From contig JAADHF010000112.1 in NCBI GenBank assembly GCA_013151965.1, positions 29,668 to 93,667 of the forward strand: a DNA stretch of 64,000 nucleotides, in the 5' to 3' direction. A program made the position numbers and the translations under genes. The notes under the pieces are model-generated. The model searched no databases. It saw nothing but the letters and a program-made list of their open reading frames with translations, and had not been told where the DNA came from. This document shows, in pieces, positions 57,355 to 64,000 of this stretch (positions are counted from its first letter, which is position 1; each line of letters begins with the position of its first letter). The DNA is from Spirochaetota bacterium (GTDB taxonomy: Bacteria; Spirochaetota; Spirochaetia; SZUA-6).

Positions 57355-59934
57355 ATGGAAAAGTATTTAAATATGGCTTCGGGCTTTATTCCGTTATGGG
57401 CAATAGGAATTATTTCGGCGTTAATACTCGGAGTTATAACAATTTTTATTATAATAGTCATATCAAGAAAGCGATTCAATAATCTGTTAAAACAGGTTAT
57501 GCAGCACCCGGAACTCTCTGAGAGTCTGATACTTAAGAGATACAGTTCCGCAAAGCTTTTACGAAGATCGAAATTAATAGAAAAATTCGCCCATAAAAAC
57601 GGTAATGAAATTATTGGTTATACAAAAATCGACGATCTCTGGCTTAAAAGGCTCATGGCAAAACGAAGAGAACAGGATTTTAAAAGAATTATGAACTATG
57701 CAAGAGCAAAGGGCATATTTACCTGTTTTATAGTAAGTCTTGATAATAAAAAACTTTCCTCGCTCTTTATGCGGATACTCAATGTTTCCGAAGGATTTCT
57801 GTCATTGCGGAAGCTTGCCCTTGCCGGAAACGGAGAAGATTTTAACGGGGAAAAGGCATTATTGCTTTTTAAAGATAAACTCGATGAACTTCGCGAGATG
57901 ACCGGTTATCCCGAATGGCAGGCAAGATACTTTGCCGTTAAAATTCTCCTCCACGATAATGATGAAAAATCCGTCCGGGCAATCCGGGAATCATTTAAGG
58001 ATTCGTACCCGCTTATCAGGAGAACCGCTGCTTCCGAGTTTAAAACCGGAGAAAAGGAAAAACTGTACAGTACCTTATACAATCTCATATTAAATGATCC
58101 GTCTCCGGAGGTGCGTTCCGCAGCCTGGAAAAGAATTCAGAACGATTTTAAGGATCTTTACATACTGAAATACGAAAAACTTAAGGGCTCACAGCTTCTT
58201 CATGCATTGGAAGTTTTACAGCCCTCATCAAAAAACGATGAAAATACTGCGCTTAATATGCTCAGGGATAAGAATCCTGAAATAAGCTTTTATGCCGCTC
58301 AATTTTTAAAAAGAGCGGGAAGCTTAAACCGCTTATTGATAGAGACCGACATGGGTGATATGGACCTTGTGGAGAGAAATCTTGAACTCTTAAAGAAAGC
58401 CGTGGAGGTACACGAAATCTCCTTTCTATCTTACATAAAATCCGCAGACAAACCGGCACCTCTCTATATCGGGGCGAAGATACTTGCAGATGCTGGTCCG
58501 CGTGACTTTATAACAGAATTAGCCCGCAAGATTTTTGAACTGCCGGATAATGGCCCCGAATACTTTACCGTTTACGATGCGGTACTCGATGCCGTTCGGA
58601 ACAGGGGAACCGATAAGGCCCTTTTCCTTATGCATGAAGAATTAAAAAAACGGCAGAATAATCATGAAAGGTTAATCAGAATTTTAAACCGGATTCCTGC
58701 AAGAGCTGATTTTATTTTTATCGATACCCTGTTTTCACTTTTAGAGAATCCCCGGTTTAAAGAACATCAATCTCTGCGCAGAGTTTTCGGTACGATAGCA
58801 GCAGATACATATATCGACAGACTCATGGAAATTATAAGAGGAGGCAGGGAAAAATATCCTCACAAGGTCCGCATTGAAGCGCTGAAAATACTGGGGGAGA
58901 CAGGAAAAACCGGCTGTCTTCAGATTATACTAGAAAACCTTCCTGTACTGCCCCTTGACGAAGCTAAAGCTTTTACAAAGACCCTGCACGAATATTCGGG
59001 TGAAAATTTTAACAGAAAAGCGGCAGAACTTCTGGATAATGTCGACTCCACAATAAGAGCATCCCTGATAGCCGCTCTCCCTGCAACGGGCAGCAAAGAG
59101 TTTATAAAGGAAATCAGAAATTCTTTAAATGATTCCGATCCCGATGTCAGAATAGCATGTGCATGGGCGCTTGCGGATTTTGGTGATTACAGATCGCTAA
59201 ACCAGGCATTAGACATGCTTCGCGATCCGGTAGAAAGAGTGCGGGAGGAGGCAGCACGTGTAATCGGTTCTGTGGGGCAGAAAGAGGCTGTTTCCGGACT
59301 AAAAAAAATCCTTACGGATAAAAATGAAGTTCTATCCGTAAAGGAATCTGCCGTTAACGGGCTCGCACGCTCCTCTTCGCTTGAATCCATAAATATACTC
59401 ATCGATGCCGTCGAATCCGATAAAAGCCTTCGTGATCCGGTTATCCGGGCATTATCCTTTAAAAGGAAAGAAAAAGAGATTAAAAGTCTCATCGAACATT
59501 TTAAAGATGCCGGTCCCGAATTAAAGGATATTATAACGGAGACATTTAAAAAAATGGGTGAAACGATAGAGGCTCCTCTTTCGGAATTGATGCGGCAGGA
59601 TATTGCATCTCTGCATCAATATATTGTGGAAATACTTGAAAAAACAGGCTATGTGGATGCCGAAATTCGAAAACTTGCCAATCGTGATGTAAATGTACGT
59701 AAAAGGGCTGCTTCATTTCTCTCGTTAGTGGGATCGCTTTCCGCTTTCAGAGGTATTGTCCTTGCAAGCAGAGATCCTAATATCGAGGTACGTGTAGAAG
59801 TTGTAAAAGCACTCGAAAAACTGGAAACAGAGGACGGAGAGAAGATACTTAATTCCCTAAAAGATGATCCTGATAAAAAAGTGCGTACATATACATTATG
59901 GGCAATGGAGAGGCTTAAAGCCAAATCATTATAA
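57355..59934 (+). CDS. Membrane-anchored HEAT-repeat (PBS-lyase-type) protein
   Basis: There is an N-terminal TM helix. Repeated xPxVRxxAxxALG motifs follow (PEVRSAAWKRI, DPDVRIACAWALADFG, ERVREEAARVIGSVG, KKVRTYTLWAM). Confidence 0.65.
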   Translation: MEKYLNMASGFIPLWAIGIISALILGVITIFIIIVISRKRFNNLLKQVMQHPELSESLILKRYSSAKLLRRSKLIEKFAHKNGNEIIGYTKIDDLWLKRLMAKRREQDFKRIMNYARAKGIFTCFIVSLDNKKLSSLFMRILNVSEGFLSLRKLALAGNGEDFNGEKALLLFKDKLDELREMTGYPEWQARYFAVKILLHDNDEKSVRAIRESFKDSYPLIRRTAASEFKTGEKEKLYSTLYNLILNDPSPEVRSAAWKRIQNDFKDLYILKYEKLKGSQLLHALEVLQPSSKNDENTALNMLRDKNPEISFYAAQFLKRAGSLNRLLIETDMGDMDLVERNLELLKKAVEVHEISFLSYIKSADKPAPLYIGAKILADAGPRDFITELARKIFELPDNGPEYFTVYDAVLDAVRNRGTDKALFLMHEELKKRQNNHERLIRILNRIPARADFIFIDTLFSLLENPRFKEHQSLRRVFGTIAADTYIDRLMEIIRGGREKYPHKVRIEALKILGETGKTGCLQIILENLPVLPLDEAKAFTKTLHEYSGENFNRKAAELLDNVDSTIRASLIAALPATGSKEFIKEIRNSLNDSDPDVRIACAWALADFGDYRSLNQALDMLRDPVERVREEAARVIGSVGQKEAVSGLKKILTDKNEVLSVKESAVNGLARSSSLESINILIDAVESDKSLRDPVIRALSFKRKEKEIKSLIEHFKDAGPELKDIITETFKKMGETIEAPLSELMRQDIASLHQYIVEILEKTGYVDAEIRKLANRDVNVRKRAASFLSLVGSLSAFRGIVLASRDPNIEVRVEVVKALEKLETEDGEKILNSLKDDPDKKVRTYTLWAMERLKAKSL

Positions 59935-60043
59935 ATCAGCCGGTGTCATAATACACTATAATTATCAATAAGCTATCTGCGCGCTATTGACCTATTGGAT
60001 TGATGGTATTACAATAGCCTTCAAAATTTTCGGAGGTTAAAAT

Positions 60044-61027
60044 ATGAGAGCTGTAATAAAATCGATTGGTGCCTACGCACCTCCCAGACGGGTAAGTAAT
60101 GATGAATTTGCGAAAATAGTTGATACTACCGATGAATGGATAGTCTCCCACACAGGAATAAGATTTCGACATATAGCTGCCGATGATCAGGCGGCTTCCG
60201 ATATGGCAATCGAAGCAGGTAAAATTGCAGTTGAAAGATCCGGAATAGCTCCGGAAGATATAGATCTGGTAATCGTTTCTTCCGCCTCCAGCGATTATCT
60301 TGGTTTTCCCGCCACTGCATGTATTGTCCAGAATACGCTGGGTTTAAAACACGCAGGGGCAATGGATCTCCTGGCAGGCTGTACCGGATTTATCTACGGT
60401 CTCGAAACAGCAAAAAACTTTATAATATCCGGGTCTGCAAAGGCAGTTCTCGTAATAGGGGCGGAGATACTTACCCGCATAATGAACTGGAGCGACAGAA
60501 ACACATGTGTTCTCTTCGGCGACGGAGCCGGAGCAGCTGTCGTAACGGCATCGGATGACGATGACCGCGGAATTATCGATTCTATTTTAAGAGCTGACGG
60601 ATCCGGAGCGGAACTCCTCGAAAGGCCTGCAGGCGGAACCAGAAAACCCTTTAAACCGGGCGAAACCGATCCTTCCGAATTATGCCTTAGAATGGACGGC
60701 GGAAAAGTATATACATTTGCTGTCCGTGTAATAGTAGTGACGATTAAAGCTCTGCTGGAGCAGAATAATTTGACAATAGACGATATTAAATACATAGTTC
60801 CGCACCAGGCAAACAGCAGAATAATAGAAGCGGCATCAAAGAGGTCCAGAATACCATTGGAAAAGTTTTATCTTAACATACAGGAATACGCCAATACCTC
60901 TGCCGCATCGATTCCTCTGGCACTTAATGAAATGACAGAGAAAAACCTCCTTAAAAAGGGTGATAAAATCATTACCGTCGGATTCGGTGCGGGGCTTACG
61001 TACGGGGCTAATCTTATAGTCTGGTAA
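60044..61027 (+). CDS. fabH: 3-oxoacyl-ACP synthase III
   Basis: The catalytic triad contexts GCTGFIYGL, HQAN and GFGAGLTYGA are present. Confidence 0.9.
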   Translation: MRAVIKSIGAYAPPRRVSNDEFAKIVDTTDEWIVSHTGIRFRHIAADDQAASDMAIEAGKIAVERSGIAPEDIDLVIVSSASSDYLGFPATACIVQNTLGLKHAGAMDLLAGCTGFIYGLETAKNFIISGSAKAVLVIGAEILTRIMNWSDRNTCVLFGDGAGAAVVTASDDDDRGIIDSILRADGSGAELLERPAGGTRKPFKPGETDPSELCLRMDGGKVYTFAVRVIVVTIKALLEQNNLTIDDIKYIVPHQANSRIIEAASKRSRIPLEKFYLNIQEYANTSAASIPLALNEMTEKNLLKKGDKIITVGFGAGLTYGANLIVW

Positions 61028-61046
61028 ACAAATTGCGGAACCGGCG

Positions 61047-62033
61047 CTATTCGTCTAAAAAACATGCGGAGAAATGACCGGGACTTACCTCCCGCATACC
61101 GGGTTTTTTCTTACTGCACTTAAGCATTGCGCGCAGACACCGCGGATGAAAATGACAGCCGGAAGGCGGCTCCATCGCACTGGGTATCTCGCCTTTCGGC
61201 ATCTCTTCTATTCTGCGTCTCTTTGGGTCGGGCACAGGTACAGCAGCAAGCAATGCCTTTGTATACGGGTGGTGCGGATTGCCGAAAAGTTCATCTTTAG
61301 TACCTATTTCGACAATTCTCCCGAGATACATAATTGCCACACGGTCGCATAGGTATTTGGCAGTTGCAAGATCATGAGTAATAAACAGATATGTAAGATT
61401 AAATTCAGCCTTAAGCTTTTTCATTAATTCAAGGATAAGTGCTCTGACAGAGACATCCGCCATTGCTATCGGTTCATCTGCGACAATAAAATCCGGCGAT
61501 GTAATAAGGGCGCGGGCCAGTACAACTCTCTGACTCTGACCGCCGGAGAGCTGGTGAGGGTATTTTCTGTAAAGGAAAGATGCAGGGGTTAACCCTATTT
61601 TTTCCATTAAATCCAGAACCTTCTCTTTCCGTTCTCCTTTTGTACCCATATTGTGTATTTTTAAGGGATGTTCGATAGCTTCTCCCACACTCATTCTGGG
61701 GCTTAAAGAAGAGTTGGGGTCCTGAAAAACAATCTGAATCTTGGAGCGGAGAGCTTCCATCTCCTTTCTGCGTATGGAAATCATATCCTTTCCGCGGTAA
61801 TAGACACTGCCTCCGGTAGGTTCGAGCAGCCTTAAGATAAGTCTCCCTGTCGTAGATTTACCCGATCCGCTTTCGCCTGCAAGCCCTAAAACCTCACCCT
61901 CCCTGATACTGAAAGAGACGTCATCTACGGCATGGATGAAATTCCTCTTTCTGCCCGCAAGCAGAACATCCAGAATGTTTTTTTCCACAGGGAAGTTCTT
62001 GGTCAGATTTGTTACTTTAAGTAATTCAGGCAT
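61047..62033 (-). CDS. Oligopeptide/dipeptide ABC transporter ATP-binding protein (OppF/DppF-like)
   Basis: Walker A is GESGSGKST, the signature motif is LSGGQSQR, and a C-terminal oligopeptide-ABC extension is present. Confidence 0.88.
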   Translation of the reverse strand: MPELLKVTNLTKNFPVEKNILDVLLAGRKRNFIHAVDDVSFSIREGEVLGLAGESGSGKSTTGRLILRLLEPTGGSVYYRGKDMISIRRKEMEALRSKIQIVFQDPNSSLSPRMSVGEAIEHPLKIHNMGTKGERKEKVLDLMEKIGLTPASFLYRKYPHQLSGGQSQRVVLARALITSPDFIVADEPIAMADVSVRALILELMKKLKAEFNLTYLFITHDLATAKYLCDRVAIMYLGRIVEIGTKDELFGNPHHPYTKALLAAVPVPDPKRRRIEEMPKGEIPSAMEPPSGCHFHPRCLRAMLKCSKKKPGMREVSPGHFSACFLDE

Positions 62034-62052
62034 CTTTAATTATTCCTTATCC

Positions 62053-63012
62053 TTACTCGTAGAGCCGGCATGCAATCTTCCTGCCTTTATACATCCTTAC
62101 TTCAGGTACTTCCTTTTTACATATATCCATCACTCTGGGACAGCGCGGAGCAAAACGGCAGCCGTCAGGCGGATTAACCAGGTCAGGAGGATTGCCGGGC
62201 ATTGTGATTAACTCTTTCTGTTCAAGTTCGATATTCGGAATACAATTTATCAAGCCGAAGGTGTACGGATGCAGAGGATCGCTGAAGATATTATCCGCAG
62301 ATCCAATCTCCATTATTCTGCCGCCGTACATTACGGCAACCCTGTCGGCTATTTCCGCCACAAGCCCCAGGTTATGCGTGATAAGGATAATCGTAAGGTT
62401 AAACCTTTTCCTTAATCTGTTTAATAAATCTATAAATCCGGCTTCTACAATAACATCGAGTGATGTTGTCGGTTCATCGGCAACGAGTATATCGGGCTGC
62501 ATTATCAGCCCCAGGCCTATCATTATCCTCTGTCTCATCCCCCCGGATAACTTGTGCGGATACTCATGCATGCGTTCCTTATCTATTCCGAGATCCTCAA
62601 GAATATTTTCCGACATTCTGATCGCTTCTTCCTGTTTAATTTCCGGTTTGTGGTAATGAATTGTCTCTAAAAACTGATCCTTTACTTTAAACAGGGGGTT
62701 AAGTGAAGTCAGAGGATTCTGAAATACCATTGCTATATTCTGTCCGCGGAAATTTAACATCTCGCTGCCGGACATCTTAAGTACGTCTTTCCCTTTGTAT
62801 AGAATCTCGCCTCCGGAGACCTTTCCGGGAGGCCTGATAAGCTTTAACAACGACAGACCGAGTGTCGACTTTCCGCAGCCGGATTCGCCGACAAGGCCGA
62901 GAACCTCTCCCCTGTTTAAGATGAGACTTACATCTTCGACTGCGTGTACCGTTCCGATACTGATCGGATAATCTATATAGAGGTTATTAATCTCCAATAT
63001 CGGTTTATTCAA
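62053..63012 (-). CDS. Oligopeptide/dipeptide ABC transporter ATP-binding protein (OppD/DppD-like)
   Basis: Walker A is GESGCGKST, the signature motif is LSGGMRQR, and a C-terminal Cys-containing tail is present. Confidence 0.88.
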   Translation of the reverse strand: MNKPILEINNLYIDYPISIGTVHAVEDVSLILNRGEVLGLVGESGCGKSTLGLSLLKLIRPPGKVSGGEILYKGKDVLKMSGSEMLNFRGQNIAMVFQNPLTSLNPLFKVKDQFLETIHYHKPEIKQEEAIRMSENILEDLGIDKERMHEYPHKLSGGMRQRIMIGLGLIMQPDILVADEPTTSLDVIVEAGFIDLLNRLRKRFNLTIILITHNLGLVAEIADRVAVMYGGRIMEIGSADNIFSDPLHPYTFGLINCIPNIELEQKELITMPGNPPDLVNPPDGCRFAPRCPRVMDICKKEVPEVRMYKGRKIACRLYE

Positions 63013-63013
63013 A

Positions 63014-63928
63014 CTACCGCTCCAGCAGCCTGGGATTTAATATTTCCGACAATCCTTCTCCAAGCATGGTAAAACCCAGAGCAAGAGTCATAATCATTAA
63101 GCCGGGAAAAGTTATCATCCACCAGATTCCGGAGGGAAGATATTTTTTACCCATTGCAAGGTCCATGCCCCAGTCCGGAATGCCGGCGGGAAGTCCCAAT
63201 CCGATATACGACAGGGCTGCTTCCGTCATAATTGCATCAGCTATATTCAGAGAAAATACTACAACAACCGTTGCTATGACATTGGGAAAGATATATTTTC
63301 TCAGTATAACCGAACGTTTGGCGCCGATAGCACGGGCCGCTTCCACATACAGTTCTTCTTTTATCGATAATGTCTGCCCGCGTACAAGCCTGAAATAGGT
63401 AGGTATATACACAACGGCAACGGCAAGTGTAATGTTTACGACTCCGGGACCGAGCATTGCTGCAAAGGCAATTGCAAGGATAAGCCCCGGGAAAGAATAA
63501 ATAGAATCCATAATCAGTGAAAATATTCTGTCGAATACCCCGCCTATGAATCCTGATATTAAACCAAGGGGAATTCCGATTAAGGAAGAAAGGATTGCAG
63601 CCGTGAAAGCAACACCTAAAATCGTTCTCGATCCGTATATCATTCTGGAAAGAATATCCCTGCTTAAATTGTCCGTTCCGAACGGGTGGCCCGGACCCGG
63701 AGCCATAAGCTGAGGCCCTGTATTCTGATCCAGCGGATTGTACGGTGCTAATGTGCCGGGGAAAAGAGCCATATAACTTATAAAAAGTATGATAACGGCA
63801 CCAAAAATCAGTATCCACCATTCCACACCGTATTTCTTATTGGCATTTATTAACCATTCAAAAACTCTCCCCATCCTTCCGGAAGCGGAATATCCGGAAG
63901 CCTCTATATTTTTTGATTTCTGTGTCAA
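63014..63928 (-). CDS. Oligopeptide/dipeptide ABC transporter permease (OppC/DppC-like)
   Basis: Six TM helices and the EAA-like loop (YVEAARAIGAKR) are present. There is an apparent TTG start with AGGAG 8 nt upstream. Confidence 0.85.
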   Translation of the reverse strand: MTQKSKNIEASGYSASGRMGRVFEWLINANKKYGVEWWILIFGAVIILFISYMALFPGTLAPYNPLDQNTGPQLMAPGPGHPFGTDNLSRDILSRMIYGSRTILGVAFTAAILSSLIGIPLGLISGFIGGVFDRIFSLIMDSIYSFPGLILAIAFAAMLGPGVVNITLAVAVVYIPTYFRLVRGQTLSIKEELYVEAARAIGAKRSVILRKYIFPNVIATVVVVFSLNIADAIMTEAALSYIGLGLPAGIPDWGMDLAMGKKYLPSGIWWMITFPGLMIMTLALGFTMLGEGLSEILNPRLLER

Positions 63929-63938
63929 ATTTATACTC

Positions 63939-64000
63939 CTAATATTTTACACGCGGATCTATCATTGCATAAAAAATATCCACTATCAGAGATACAAGGC
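63939..64000 (-). CDS. ABC permease (OppB/DppB-like), C-terminal fragment. The gene continues beyond the window.
   Basis: The minus-strand translation ends ...LVSLIVDIFYAMIDPRVKY*, the hallmark OppB/DppB C-terminus (DPRxxY). Confidence 0.6.
   Translation of the reverse strand, partial: LVSLIVDIFYAMIDPRVKY

Noticed and set aside
60394-60795. 133-aa minus-strand ORF
   Set aside because: It is antisense inside fabH.
63237-63821. 194-aa minus-strand ORF rich in Cys/Arg
   Set aside because: It is an alternative frame inside the OppC-like permease gene. Its composition is atypical, and the permease frame has the EAA loop and TM pattern.

Overview
This 64 kb window looks like a densely packed bacterial chromosomal segment, mostly core metabolism with many signalling genes and no recognisable mobile element or CRISPR array. 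Gene content and an archaeal-type UMP kinase suggest a Spirochaetota-like, Gram-negative-type organism, but that is inference only. I read about 60 protein-coding genes and one tRNA. I found no integrase, transposase, CRISPR repeats or rRNA.

What is here:
- Housekeeping genes: proS, eno, rpsI and rplM with recX, the gatC-gatA-gatB operon, a pcrA/uvrD-type helicase, rimO-like, folE2, archaeal-type pyrH, fabH and a fabD-fabG-fabF block, ptb, a mevalonate-kinase-like GHMP kinase, and an Opp/Dpp ABC transporter at the 3' edge.
- Signalling genes: an OmpR-type response regulator with a sensor kinase directly upstream of htrA, two large hybrid sensor kinases, and a GAF/PAS class-III nucleotide cyclase beside a membrane HEAT-repeat protein. 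There is also a three-gene orphan operon of an HTH-REC regulator, a CheY-like REC protein and an acylphosphatase.

The most notable uncharacterised modules are:
- A tightly coupled three-gene operon: canonical NagB, then a DUF4954 left-handed beta-helix protein, then a 777-aa fusion of a NagB-like deaminase domain to a PIG-L/LmbE-type deacetylase domain. This is a candidate single-polypeptide route from GlcNAc-6-P to Fru-6-P that would bypass NagA.
- The response-regulator/acylphosphatase operon, with an SD-sequestering palindrome in its leader and a divergently transcribed DUF434/NYN-like protein.
- A co-directional envelope cluster: a penicillin-acylase-family Ntn hydrolase, a protein combining a lectin-like jelly-roll, TPR repeats and a double zinc ribbon, a LolA-like protein and a RodZ-like protein.
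- A degenerate HemL-like protein next to folE2.
- A fatty-acid synthesis cluster interrupted by the cyclase and HEAT-repeat gene pair.

All functional calls rest on motif-level reading of the translations. No database searches were run.
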